A stretch of 64,000 nt of DNA from Longimicrobiales bacterium (GCA_965203485.1 OZ241892.1:320001-384000); one strand, 5' to 3'. Positions 1 to 10,098 are shown, counted from the first letter of the stretch. Program-made: numbers and translations. The notes: a model not told the origin generated them from the sequence alone.

Positions 1-3000
1 CTCCACGTCGGGCTATTGCCACGAGCACAATCGTCCACTGGGGCGTGACACTCTCGAATACCCAGCCCGCACGGTTCTTGAGGGCGACCGCGTCCATAGT
101 GCTCGCCTCGCCAAACACGGCCTTTCGAAACTCCTGCGATCCCTTGGCTTGCAACGCGCTCCTCGGCAACACGACGCCGATTCTTCCGTCATCCTCGGCT
201 GTCAGTCGCCAGAATCGCCAGCAGAACGCCTTGTACACGTCGGCGTCGCCGGTTCCCATGCCGGGGAAGTCGCCTCCCAGCAGTGCCCTTCGCACGTCGG
301 CGTTCTCCTTGACCTCGGCGTCCAATGCGGCGACCAAGTCGGGGCGTTCCCGGCGGAACCGCGCCTTCTCGGCCTCCTGGTCGCGCTGGGACATGCCGCG
401 CAACCCGGGGAAATGTCGAGCCCAGAACCCATGTTCCTCCACCTTCGGCTTCTTCCACGGCGGATTGCCCAAAATCACGTCGAAGCCGGAGCGGTCGCGC
501 AAGAAGACTTCCGGAAACGCCACCGGGAAATGCAACGCGACGAGGTCGGCCAGCTCTTGCGCCGCCACGGCCGCTTCGGGCACCGCTTCCAGGTTCTCGA
601 TGCGATCCTCCAAGTCCTGGAACTGAAATCCCGTGATCATCTTCCTGTCCGAGATGGGCTGGGCGGTGATCAGGTCGCACAGCGCCTTGGCGGCCGCTAC
701 CGCTTCGTTGGCCTCCTGCTGCGCCTCCCGTGCCTGGCGAACTTCGGCCACCGTGGCGTCGTTCAGGTTGGCGAGCCGGCGCAACGGCTTGGCGGCCTTG
801 CCGAGCAACGACTCGGCGTCGCATGGAAACAGCGGAGTGTTTGTGGCGTCGAGCTTGGCCTTGATCTCGCCCACCGTTCCAATGCCGACGAGCGAGTTGC
901 CGCGAACCAAATTGCGGTCGAGAAACGAGAGCGGGAGACCGGGCACGAACGTGTGAATCCAGACGGCCAAGCGCGCCAGCTGGACGGAAATGTTGTTCAG
1001 GTCCACGCCGTAAACGCACCGCCGGGCGATCAGGCGGCGCAACAGCTGGCCGTCTTCAATCAGTGACGCGCCCACCGCATCGTCGTCGTCCAATGCTGTT
1101 CGAGCGGCTTGGCGAAGCCCAGCCAGTTCGTTGCGCACGCCCGGCAGATCGCGACCGACTAGGAAGTCGGCCATGCCCTTCTCGATGCGGTCGATGGCAC
1201 CGACCAGGAAATGGCCCGATCCCATGGCGATGTCGGCGACCCGGAAGTCGAAGAAGCTCTCGGCGGCGGTGGCGTCGTCCATGGCGTCCAAGCGTCGGAA
1301 GTGGTCCTTCAGCGCGGGCGCCAGCGCCTTGTCCAGCAAGTGCTCCACGGCGAAGGACTTCGTGTAGTAGCTGCCCGTGAACTTGCGAACGCCGGAACGG
1401 TTGTGGAGGTAGGTCTCTCCCCTCTTGACAACGACTCGCGCATTCGGCTTGGCGGGCATGTAGGTGCCCTTGGCGTCCACCGTCAAGTCCGCGGTTGCAA
1501 CGGCCAGCTCGGATTCCAGCAAGCCCTCGTAAATCGTGCCGAACTCGCGCACGCCCAGAGATCTGAAGTCCACCGGACCTAGTCCGCCTTCGTGCGTCTC
1601 GATGATCAGGAGGTGACGCAAGGCGGGCTCGAAGGACTCGTTGGACAGCGAGACGCTGGCGAGTTCCGCGCCCACATCCGACACTTCGGGATCATTGGCG
1701 AAGAGTGCGCCGTCGTATTCGGGCACACCCCACTCGGGATTGCCGGCGGCCACTGCTTCGCACAAGCGGGCCACTTCCTGCCAATGAGCGTGGCCCGGAG
1801 CCACGGGCGTGTTGTCCCGCGCTTGCTTGGCCAGCTCCTGCGCCTTCTGCTTGAGCGACCGGCGACGGTAGGCGTCGTTGGTTCGATAGGGAAGCAGGTC
1901 GCAATCCTCCGCGTACGCGATGAAGAGAAGGCGAAACAGCACCGTCAGAGCCATGTCGTAGGTACGGGCCAGCTCCTGCGCCGTCGTGGAGCCGAGCGGC
2001 CTTGCGTCAGCGATGCCCCGGGCGAGCTTGGGCACCACTTGGTCGTAGATGCGTTCGCGCAACCGCTCGGCCAAGTCGCCGGCGAAGCGCCGAGACTCGT
2101 CGAGGATTTGGTCCAAGCTGCCGTTTGGCGCCAGCGCGTCGGCCGAGAAGATCAGCCACAAGTACGCCAAGTCGGAGTCGGCCAACAGCGGCGCTTGGCA
2201 CTCCACGTAGGTTTCGGTGCGGCCGCGCCTGCCGACGCCGCGGTCGGTGGCCGTCGAGTAGAGGCGCAAGCGGTTGCCTTGGACCATCACCACCCAGGAC
2301 AGGTCTTCGTCGTCGGCCTTCTTGAGCGCGTAGGTGACCGGCGACAGGCTGTTGAAGCGCGGATTGCCGGCCTCGGCCGATTCACGATCGCGCAAGAGGA
2401 CGGCCAAGGCCGTGCGTCGTCGGCCGTCGTCGCCGCTCGTAAGGAGGTGCGTCAGGTTGTCCAGCGGGACGACGTGGAAGCCCAGCGCGCCCAGCAGGCC
2501 GTGCGCGTGTGCGCCGACCGCCTTCTTGGCCTTCTTGCCGGCGGCGGCCCAGTCGGTTCGGTTGCGAACGCCGTGACGCAGGTTGTGGAGGGCCAGCAGG
2601 CCCTCGTTGTGGATGCCCGGCAGATCCGTCTCCAGCGACGGCAGGGCTTGCGAGAGGAAGCGCAGAGCCGAGTGACGGTCGGGTTGTGCCAGAGCTTCGC
2701 GGCAAATCCGCTCGACCCGTTCGGCGTCCAAGCGAAGTCGGACGGCGGGCTTCTCGCCGGACGGGCCGCAGAGGGCGGCGCCCTCGGGGTGAAGAACCAC
2801 CAGGAGCACGGGCGCGGCACGTCCCGCACGCCGGATCTTGTGAGCACCGGCGACGGCTGATCGGGACGGGATGGTGGGTGTGCGGGCGACCACCACTTCC
2901 AAGCCGTGGTCGCCCGGCCCGACGAATAGGCCGCCGAATCGAGAGCCGAGACGCGGGTCCGGCGACCAGGGACGCCGGACGAATTCAGGGAGGAAGTCCA

Positions 3001-3016
3001 AGGATGAGGCGTTCAC
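1..3016 (-). CDS. Large amino-DNA methyltransferase / type IIG (Eco57I-like) restriction-modification protein, 3' end beyond the window edge
   Basis: Absent from the ORF track because it has no stop in the window. Manual translation from GTG 3016 (MNASSLDFLPEF...) gives RKFTGSYYT, motif I VADIAMGSGHFLV (~1205-1240) and motif IV ILGNPPW (~455-480); over 1000 aa. Confidence 0.85.
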   Translation of the reverse strand, partial: MNASSLDFLPEFVRRPWSPDPRLGSRFGGLFVGPGDHGLEVVVARTPTIPSRSAVAGAHKIRRAGRAAPVLLVVLHPEGAALCGPSGEKPAVRLRLDAERVERICREALAQPDRHSALRFLSQALPSLETDLPGIHNEGLLALHNLRHGVRNRTDWAAAGKKAKKAVGAHAHGLLGALGFHVVPLDNLTHLLTSGDDGRRRTALAVLLRDRESAEAGNPRFNSLSPVTYALKKADDEDLSWVVMVQGNRLRLYSTATDRGVGRRGRTETYVECQAPLLADSDLAYLWLIFSADALAPNGSLDQILDESRRFAGDLAERLRERIYDQVVPKLARGIADARPLGSTTAQELARTYDMALTVLFRLLFIAYAEDCDLLPYRTNDAYRRRSLKQKAQELAKQARDNTPVAPGHAHWQEVARLCEAVAAGNPEWGVPEYDGALFANDPEVSDVGAELASVSLSNESFEPALRHLLIIETHEGGLGPVDFRSLGVREFGTIYEGLLESELAVATADLTVDAKGTYMPAKPNARVVVKRGETYLHNRSGVRKFTGSYYTKSFAVEHLLDKALAPALKDHFRRLDAMDDATAAESFFDFRVADIAMGSGHFLVGAIDRIEKGMADFLVGRDLPGVRNELAGLRQAARTALDDDDAVGASLIEDGQLLRRLIARRCVYGVDLNNISVQLARLAVWIHTFVPGLPLSFLDRNLVRGNSLVGIGTVGEIKAKLDATNTPLFPCDAESLLGKAAKPLRRLANLNDATVAEVRQAREAQQEANEAVAAAKALCDLITAQPISDRKMITGFQFQDLEDRIENLEAVPEAAVAAQELADLVALHFPVAFPEVFLRDRSGFDVILGNPPWKKPKVEEHGFWARHFPGLRGMSQRDQEAEKARFRRERPDLVAALDAEVKENADVRRALLGGDFPGMGTGDADVYKAFCWRFWRLTAEDDGRIGVVLPRSALQAKGSQEFRKAVFGEASTMDAVALKNRAGWVFESVTPQWTIVLVAIARRG

Positions 3017-3042
3017 GGTGCCATCATCCGGTCTCTTCTGAA

Positions 3043-3693
3043 TTATTGTTGACAAGCCCCATCTCCTTCTTGGCCCATGAGGAGCAGCTGGCCGTCGTCC
3101 CGCCGCCGCGTCACGCCGATGAACGCGTTCAGCTTGGACGCGCTCGGAAACACCCACTTGCCGAGCCCCCACGATCCGCCCGCGTCTTGTCCCTTGGGCG
3201 AGATGCCGACGCTTCTGAACAAGCCCCAGAAGTGGTTGTTCTTGGCCCGCGGGTCGTTGGCGCGGACATCGCCTCGCAAGCCTATTGTGCCGAAGTCCTC
3301 CACGATCAGAAACGGCATGGCGCGGTCGAACAGCGACTTGCGCTCCTCAAGATCGCTATTGTCTCCGCGCGCGGTGCGCTGGGCATCCACCACTGCGCAG
3401 AGGTGCGGCTTCAGGCCCGTCAAGTAGCACGTTGCCCGACTGGGTTCCAGCGCGTCGTCCGAGCCGCTGATCACAAAGCGGACCCGCACGGGTCCGTCCC
3501 CAGCTCTGGCGTCCAGCGAATTCTGAATCGACTCCCTGACGAAGCGCTTGGGCAGGTCGGGACTGAAGAACTCGCCTTGCACGGGGTTCTCGTTGATCTC
3601 CGACGGCGACATGACGCGGAAGCGCCAATGGGGCGCGCGCTGGGCCTCGGACGGCTTACGACGATCGAGAGGCGCCCGGGACTGAGGCATCAT
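3043..3693 (-). pseudogene. Truncated GHKL (HATPase-fold) ATPase, N-terminal ~216 aa only
   Basis: Bergerat motifs RESIQNSLDA, VEDFGTIGL and GGSWGLGK, then an abrupt stop in an AT-rich patch just upstream of the MTase. Confidence 0.6.
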
Positions 3694-3793
3694 GTATCGG
3701 CGGTCGCGCATTCGGTCTTGTCTCCCATGCATTCGGCCGTTGGCAAGCGAGAGACGACCGGGTTCCACGGGCCGCATCTTCCCGGCGGCAAGA

Positions 3794-5383
3794 TCACATC
3801 CCCCAAACGGCAATCTCTGCGCCCGTCCGGGTGCTTCGCCGCTCGCGGAACACCTTGTCGTCCCAGTTGCGATCCTCGCTCCGGTCGAAGACGACCAAAT
3901 GGCCCCCCTCCGCACCGTAGCGGTCCATGTAGGCCGCCGTCTGCTCTACACCGTCGGCCACCGTGCGCTCCAAGCCCCGTCTCTCGTGGTGGACCTTGCA
4001 CTCCACCACGTACTTGCGCACCCGCTCGCCCTGCGGCCACGCGACCAGCACGTCGGTGCGCCCGCCGCCCAGCGCGTACTCGCGGTCGATCCGCCCGCCG
4101 CTGTTGACGACCCGCTGCAGGAACGCCTGCAAGAGCAACTGCGGTCCCGCCTCCCTGAACCCGTAGCGTTCCGTCCAGTGCTCGGAGTTCTCGCGGTAGA
4201 ACTCCTGGAACGCTCCCAACAACTTGTCCAAGCGCAGAGCGCCATCGGCGTCCACGTACCAAGCCGGGTCGTGCGGCAGATCGTCTTGGGCAAGCCACGT
4301 CAGCTCCCTGGGGACGACTTCGGCGTAGATCGGGTTCGCCATGCGGATCGGGGGATCGCGGGCGATCAGCCCCAGGTCCCGGACGTACTCCACGTCGCGC
4401 GCGGTGTAGCTGGACTCGGGGGCGCCGGCGAGGATCGGCTCGACCACTCGCCACACCCGGTCCTCCTGAAGCTTGTCCGTCAGCTGGTCCAGGTGAGTGT
4501 CGCGGCGCCGGATCAGCGCTTCGCGGGCGTCCATCACGTCGTCCTCGGCCACCGGCCGCGACCGGTCCGCCGCCAAGTCGCCGCGGAAGCAGGTCTCGTA
4601 GGCGAGCGCGTTGACCAGCCAGGGCTGGCCCTGGGTCTGCGTCCAAACCGCCTCCAGCGCGCCGTCGGCGAACGGTTGCCCCGTCTCGTCGGTGTGCTGA
4701 CCAAGGAGCTCGTGCACCTCGTCCCGAGAAAAGTCGCCCAGGCGCAGCGACTCCGCCTTGACGTTGAACGCGCTGCCGCCGGCCACCATGGTATTGGCGG
4801 AGGCAGAATGAATGCGGTAGTCCCGCACGTCCCGCACGCCGCACAGGACCACGCTCTGCGGGAAGCCTTGGGGACGCATGTCGTAGCCGGCCCGCAACTG
4901 CCGCAGCACGGCCAGCAGCGAGTCGCCCACCAGCGCGTCGATCTCGTCGATCAGCAGCACCAGCGGATCCGGCGCGGCGCGGGCCCAGCGGCCGAGCGCG
5001 TCGCGCAGGGCGCTGTGGCCGCCCGCCTTGGCCAGAACGGCCGGCCATGCCTCTTCCAGGTAGTCGTCCCCAAGCGTGTCCCGCGCCCGTCCGGCCAGCT
5101 CGTTGAGCACTGTGCGGATCGCTGCTTCGACGTCTTCGCGCGCCGTCTGCGCCCCCTCCACGTTGACGTATACGCAACGGCAACCGCCCTCCGCGTTCAG
5201 CAGGTCCTTGAGCGCGAGGAGAGCGGACGTCTTGCCTGTCTGCCGGGGCGCGTGAAGCACAAAGTACTGCTTGCGGTCGATCAGTTGCCGGAGTTCGGCG
5301 AGACCGAGCCTGGCCAGCGGCGGAATGCGGTAGTGGTCCTCCGCCACCACGGGGCCGGACGTGTTGAAGCGGCGCATTCCCAA
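3794..5383 (-). CDS. AAA-family ATP-binding protein with C-terminal PD-(D/E)xK-like nuclease domain
   Basis: MRRFNTSGP start, Walker A APRQTGKT, Walker B LLIDEID, C-terminal REYALGGGRTD...VVECK. Confidence 0.85.
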   Translation of the reverse strand: MGMRRFNTSGPVVAEDHYRIPPLARLGLAELRQLIDRKQYFVLHAPRQTGKTSALLALKDLLNAEGGCRCVYVNVEGAQTAREDVEAAIRTVLNELAGRARDTLGDDYLEEAWPAVLAKAGGHSALRDALGRWARAAPDPLVLLIDEIDALVGDSLLAVLRQLRAGYDMRPQGFPQSVVLCGVRDVRDYRIHSASANTMVAGGSAFNVKAESLRLGDFSRDEVHELLGQHTDETGQPFADGALEAVWTQTQGQPWLVNALAYETCFRGDLAADRSRPVAEDDVMDAREALIRRRDTHLDQLTDKLQEDRVWRVVEPILAGAPESSYTARDVEYVRDLGLIARDPPIRMANPIYAEVVPRELTWLAQDDLPHDPAWYVDADGALRLDKLLGAFQEFYRENSEHWTERYGFREAGPQLLLQAFLQRVVNSGGRIDREYALGGGRTDVLVAWPQGERVRKYVVECKVHHERRGLERTVADGVEQTAAYMDRYGAEGGHLVVFDRSEDRNWDDKVFRERRSTRTGAEIAVWGM

Positions 5384-5446
5384 CGATAACCCAGCGGCCC
5401 TGCTCGGCCCCGCTTCTGCTGGCGCTGGCGACGATCGAGGGAGGCG

Positions 5447-6736
5447 CTAGGCCGGGGCTCCGTTGCTCGCGCCCGCGCAGTGCGCTTGGTGGGCGGGCAG
5501 AACGACCGTGAAGTAAGTGCGCCCCTCGTCGAACTCGAAGCGGGGCGGGGGCGAGCCGTTGCGGGCCATGGCCTCGTGGATCTTGTCGAGGCCGGTCAGG
5601 CGGGCTTCCGCCAGCTCCAGGTCCTTCAGGAACTCGCCGACGCGCCGGTTGCGGGCGGGGATGTTTGGCTTGGGCGCTCCTGGCTCGAAGTGCTCCGGCT
5701 CGATGCCCGGCAACGGGCCCGGATAGCTGGTGACCGTCATGCGTTCGGGGTAGACGTAGACCTTGACGGGTTCCGGCGCATCGGCCTCGTAGCTGCGGTG
5801 GTAGACGGCGTTGACGAGGGCCTCGCGAACCGCCGCGGCCGGCCAGCGGGCGGTGCGCCCGGCGTAGGGCGTGTCGGCGCGCTTTTCCACGCGAACGTCC
5901 GACAGGCTCTCCAGGTGCGCGAGGCAGCGCCGCACTTGGTCGGCCAAGCCGCCGCGAAAGACGGTTTCGGCCAACGTGTCGCCGGCCGGGCCGTCGGGGA
6001 AGTGGGCCAGCTCGGTCGTCGCGCCGCGAAACCATCGCGAGGGGTCGTTCGAGAAGAAGAGAATTCCCACGTTGCGGGGCGTGTCGTGGTCGTTCGCGCG
6101 GGCGGCGATGCGCATTCGGCGGAAGATTTCGCGCGGGTCGGCCAGCTCTCGCAAGCCGCTCCCCACGTCCCGGAGGAACTCGCGCACCAGGGCTTCGCGG
6201 AGATCGTCCATGCTGGCGCCGAGCGCGCGGCGGTCGTCCCAGGGCGTTCTCGCGGTTTGGCGCATCAGGGCCGGCAGAAGACCGTTGGCCGCGGCGTCCA
6301 CCGTCTCGGCGCCCAGGCGAATCCAGAACTTCCGCCCGCGCTTTCGTCCGGCGGGCGCGCTGTGCGGCCGCGTCTCGCTCGCCGGCGCCCAAATCACGAG
6401 CACGTTGCGCCCGTCGGCCGTCTCGGGCGACACCACGGGCTGGTAGGCCGGGTCGATTCGGTTGCAGGCGCCTCGAATCCACTTGGCCGCCGCTTGCATC
6501 TCGCAGTCCGAGAGGCCGCGCGGGGGCAGCACGGCGCGTCCGCCCTGCTCGGCCACGCCCAGCACGAGGTAGCCGCCGTTCAGGTGAAGATGGTCGTTCG
6601 CAAAGGCGCAGATGGTGGCCAGCGCTTGCAGGCCCGTCGTCTCCGGGTCCCACCGCGCCTTCAGCTCGAGGCGGGCCGACTCGGTCCGGCGTCCGCCCAG
6701 CAGAGCGTGCAAGTTGGTGGGGAGAAGCGCGCTCAC
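5447..6736 (-). CDS. Schlafen/AlbA_2 domain + HATPase_c_4 (RecG-C-like) protein
   Basis: ESARLELK, ICAFAN, GGYLVLGV (AlbA_2); AVREALVNAVYHRSY, RNRRVGEFLKDL, TGLDKI (HATPase_c_4). Confidence 0.85.
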   Translation of the reverse strand: MSALLPTNLHALLGGRRTESARLELKARWDPETTGLQALATICAFANDHLHLNGGYLVLGVAEQGGRAVLPPRGLSDCEMQAAAKWIRGACNRIDPAYQPVVSPETADGRNVLVIWAPASETRPHSAPAGRKRGRKFWIRLGAETVDAAANGLLPALMRQTARTPWDDRRALGASMDDLREALVREFLRDVGSGLRELADPREIFRRMRIAARANDHDTPRNVGILFFSNDPSRWFRGATTELAHFPDGPAGDTLAETVFRGGLADQVRRCLAHLESLSDVRVEKRADTPYAGRTARWPAAAVREALVNAVYHRSYEADAPEPVKVYVYPERMTVTSYPGPLPGIEPEHFEPGAPKPNIPARNRRVGEFLKDLELAEARLTGLDKIHEAMARNGSPPPRFEFDEGRTYFTVVLPAHQAHCAGASNGAPA

Positions 6737-6950
6737 TTCGGCCGGCCGGCCCGGGCCACCTGGGCGGAACCGGTTGCCATGGCGGCCGGCCGCACGGCGC
6801 CGACGAGCAACACGGCGCCCAAGCTGGCGGCGAGCGGACGAAGTCCTGCTTCTCGGGGCATCTCGGGAGCCTTTGGTGCGCCACGGGCGGCGGGCCGGGG
6901 GTGGACGCGGCCTTCGGACGGACTGAACGGGGCGGCGGGACCCCCGAACG

Positions 6951-7961
6951 CTACTGCTCCGGATTGCCCGTTGCCAGACCGGCCAGCCGGCGCGCGATGT
7001 CGCGGACCCGGCGCCGCAAGTCCTCCGGCCCTTCCACGACGGCTTCTCCTCCGTAGCGAAGCACGTGGCGGGCCAGCCAATCGGGGTCTGCGACGCTGTG
7101 GCACACGGTTACGCTGCCGTCGCCGTTGTCTTCCATGGAAATGCTGCGGTACGACGCCCTCTCTCTGATCCAGCGACCGACGCGGGGCGAATAGCGCACG
7201 TAGGCCCGGCGGCTCACCGACGCGAAGAGCAGCTCGTCGAGCCCGCCGTCCAGGTATGGGCCGGGGTCGAAGTCGCTCGGGATGTCGAACGTCCCCTCGT
7301 CCAGCGACGCGTGAAGAATCCTGTCCATCCTGAAGATTCGCATGCCTTGCGATACGACGCAGTGGCCGACGACGTACCAAGTCTCGTCCGAGAAGACGAC
7401 CAGGTAAGGATGGACGACGCGGCGCGACTCCTCGCCGGCGGCCAGCTTCAGATAGCCCATGACGCATGGACGGCGAGCGTAGGCGGCGGCCACGACCGTC
7501 CTGTGCACCTCCGTGCGGCCCATGCGACGGTCGGAGAGCGTCAGGCCCGGAGCCGAGCCCAGAGCCTCGCCGGGGTCCCGGCCGCCGGCAACGAGAGACG
7601 GGCCGAGGCGAAGCAGGTCCTCCGCGTCCGGCGCCCGCGATCCTTGGGCGGGCTCGCCCCGCAAGGCCAGCGCGAGGCAAAGGTGTTCGTGCCCCGATAG
7701 GCGAAGGGGGCGGTCCAGAAAGCTGGTGTGCTCTACCCGGACGCGGTCGTTGTCGAGGAACACGAGAATGTCTCCCGGCCAGCCGCCGGGCCGGTAGTCT
7801 CCTCTCGTGGTGAGTTCCCGGAGGTCGTCGAGGACGCCCGCTTCGCAGGTCCCGAGGTTGCGGGCCAACGACGCGACCTCCGCGCCGCCCTCCCGGCTTG
7901 CCGCCGCGATGATGTGCGCCAGCCGCTCGAAGCGGGTGCGGGCGGAGGCGGCCTCAGCCAC
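6951..7961 (-). CDS. PafC-like HTH-WYL-WCX transcriptional regulator
   Basis: N-terminal HTH, RVVHPY, WYVVGHC, RIFRMDRI, C-terminal WLARHVLRYG (WCX). Overlaps the upstream paralog. Confidence 0.85.
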   Translation of the reverse strand: MAEAASARTRFERLAHIIAAASREGGAEVASLARNLGTCEAGVLDDLRELTTRGDYRPGGWPGDILVFLDNDRVRVEHTSFLDRPLRLSGHEHLCLALALRGEPAQGSRAPDAEDLLRLGPSLVAGGRDPGEALGSAPGLTLSDRRMGRTEVHRTVVAAAYARRPCVMGYLKLAAGEESRRVVHPYLVVFSDETWYVVGHCVVSQGMRIFRMDRILHASLDEGTFDIPSDFDPGPYLDGGLDELLFASVSRRAYVRYSPRVGRWIRERASYRSISMEDNGDGSVTVCHSVADPDWLARHVLRYGGEAVVEGPEDLRRRVRDIARRLAGLATGNPEQ

Positions 7962-9066
7962 TGCGGGAAGCGGAAGTTCCGCCGTGAGCTTCGGCGACGG
8001 CGGCGGCCATCTCTTGGAAGCGCCGCCGAAAGGGACCGGGCTTCTCGATTCGGGCCTGTCCCGCGAGACCCAGCGTCCAGCGCGCGAGCCGGTCGCGGTC
8101 CCGCACGCGAAACCGGCGCAGCGAAGAGCCGTCGTCGCGCTCCAGCACGAGTTCGCCGTGGCCGTTGCGGTCCGCCCACTCGGAGCACGGGAAGTCGAAG
8201 TGCACGATCGCTTCTTCTTCGGCCGCCTCGGGTCCCATCTCCCAGACCTGCCTGTTCGCGTAGCCGCTCAGGTCGAAGTCGGCGGGAAGCTCGAAGTCGG
8301 GCGCACCGGGCGATTTCTGGTTGGCGCGCACGGTGCTCATTCGGCCGACGCGAAACACGCGCACGTCGTCGCGGACTTCGTCGTGTCCCACCAAGTACCA
8401 ACGTCCGAGCTCGAAGAGGAGCCCGTAGGGCCGAACCCGCCGCTCGATCTCGCCGGCGCGCGTCATCGCCTTGTAGCTGAAGGACAGCTTCTTCTTGCGC
8501 GAAACCGCGTCGAAGAGACGAGCGAGCGCCCTCGATGCGCGTTCGGCTTCGGCCGATGCCGCATACCGCACCGGAGAGTCGCCCGATCCGCCGGGCATGA
8601 GGTCGAACGACAGCTTCCGAAAGGCCGACTCCGCATGGCTGGCCAGGGGAAAGCCGGGCAACGTCGCGAGTTCGCGAAGCCCGCCCAAGGCCTGGAACGC
8701 CTCGTCGGGCGACACCACGGCGGTTCCGGGCGCTCTGCAGGCCGGGTGGCCCCGCGGCTTGGGCCCGCGCTTGGCGACTCGCAGCCGGGGCAGGTAGAAG
8801 TCGCGGGCCAGCCGATAGCCGGCCGCGTCGCTCGATTCGCCGCGAACGGGACCGACGACCGTTTCGATGGCTATCCCCATGGCCCGCAACTCGTCCTTGT
8901 CCCGCTCGAACATGCGGCTCGCCGCGGCCCTTTCTTGCGGCGCTCCGTTCAGTCCACGCGAGTAGGCCGGGAGTTCCCGCCAAAGAACTTCCTTGCTCAC
9001 CGGAAATCTCCGGGAGGCGAGGAAGGCCACGAGATCGATCCAGCGCTGAAGCTTGGTTGGTTCCAT
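7954..9066 (-). CDS. PafB-like HTH-WYL-WCX transcriptional regulator
   Basis: Start MEPTKLQRWIDL; PafB-type RMFERDKDELRAMGIAIET; RRVRPYGL, WYLVGHD, RVFRVGRM. Confidence 0.87.
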   Translation of the reverse strand: MEPTKLQRWIDLVAFLASRRFPVSKEVLWRELPAYSRGLNGAPQERAAASRMFERDKDELRAMGIAIETVVGPVRGESSDAAGYRLARDFYLPRLRVAKRGPKPRGHPACRAPGTAVVSPDEAFQALGGLRELATLPGFPLASHAESAFRKLSFDLMPGGSGDSPVRYAASAEAERASRALARLFDAVSRKKKLSFSYKAMTRAGEIERRVRPYGLLFELGRWYLVGHDEVRDDVRVFRVGRMSTVRANQKSPGAPDFELPADFDLSGYANRQVWEMGPEAAEEEAIVHFDFPCSEWADRNGHGELVLERDDGSSLRRFRVRDRDRLARWTLGLAGQARIEKPGPFRRRFQEMAAAVAEAHGGTSASRSG

Positions 9067-9133
9067 GTGGGCGGTGCGTCTCGCGGAGGTGGTGCGCCTC
9101 CGGGCAAAGCCATTGCAGGCAGGGCAACCTTCA

Positions 9134-9155
9134 AAGATAAGGACCGCCTGTGACA
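9134..9155 (-). promoter_or_regulatory. PafBC-type promoter motif TGTCAC-N10-TATCTT facing the WYL pair
   Basis: Minus strand reads TGTCAC AGGCGGTCCT TATCTT, ending ~68 bp upstream of the pafB-like ATG. Same geometry as the mycobacterial TGTCGG-N10-TA-N3-T motif. Confidence 0.5.
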
Positions 9156-9571
9156 CCCGTCCGGCGGACGCGGCCTCACGCAGGAGGAGGCGGGCCGGCG
9201 CCCGTGCAGCTCCCGGACGCAACTCGAGAACACGGCCTCACGCGGGAGGAGGCGGGACTGGTCCGTGTCCACGGTCCGCCGAGCCCGGCGTGCGTTGGCC
9301 GCTTCACGCGGAGACAGCCTTAAGGCGCGCAACCGCGTTGGACGGTCGAGACTCCGCTTCATGTAGGCGGGTGTCCCGTGCGCGACCAGCTTCACCGCCG
9401 CGTCGCCTCCGCTTCATGAGCGCGGGGATGCCGGACTCGGCCTCGCCGCGACCAACCCGGGCCGACCGCGGCTTCGCACGTGCGGGTCTCGCCCCGTCTC
9501 CGCGCCGCGCGTGCCAAGTGGCCGTGCCGGCCCGGCTCCTGGGCCCCGAGTCGTGCGGGACCAAGACCCGC

Positions 9572-9593
9572 TGTCATACCCCCCCGATACGTT
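9572..9593 (+). promoter_or_regulatory. PafBC-type promoter motif TGTCAT-N10-TACGTT facing the lipoprotein/M48 genes
   Basis: Plus strand reads TGTCAT ACCCCCCCGA TACGTT. Second, divergent instance in the same intergenic region. Confidence 0.5.
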
Positions 9594-9750
9594 GCCTGCC
9601 GCGTTTTCGCGACCGGTGCGCCTCCCGGCCCCGGTTCGCCTCGTTCGGTGTTGCGCAGCCGTTTGCGGAGGCCGAGCGGATGCGGGACCGCCGAGCGGAG
9701 CCCGGTCGCGAGCAACTCCATCCCAACACATCCCAAGGAGGGAAAGGGAA

Positions 9751-10098
9751 TTGAACAGGCTTGCTAGAATCAGAATCGTTTCCAGGATGTGCGCGCTGGG
9801 CGCCGCCGTGGCGCTGGCCGGATGCTGGGACGAAGCCGAAGTGCGGGGCCGGTGGACGGGAGCCGACGAGCGCCCCAACATCGGAGTCCGGGTCGTGGAC
9901 AGCGGGGAAGTGCACGAGATCAGATACGTCGACGACGAGGGCCGCTTCAGCTTCAAGATCGCGTGCCCGGGCCACTACTCGTTCGTGGTGCACACCAACC
10001 CGCCGATTGTCGCGTTCCTTTGGACCGAACGCACGTTCACGGGCTGCAAGGCCAACGGAGCCGAGAAGCTGAAGTCGCTGCCCGAGTCGGCCGGGTAG
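9751..10098 (+). CDS. Small putative lipoprotein, unknown function
   Basis: Purine-rich RBS before TTG 9751 (alternative ATG 9787); hydrophobic leader with lipobox LAGC. Confidence 0.6.
   Translation: MNRLARIRIVSRMCALGAAVALAGCWDEAEVRGRWTGADERPNIGVRVVDSGEVHEIRYVDDEGRFSFKIACPGHYSFVVHTNPPIVAFLWTERTFTGCKANGAEKLKSLPESAG

Noticed and set aside
3690..6884. Long Arg/Pro/Ala-rich ORFs (3690-6884, 27155-30409, 39525-43550, 45598-48282 and similar)
   Set aside because: Shadow or antisense frames of recognisable genes in high-GC DNA, with no motifs.
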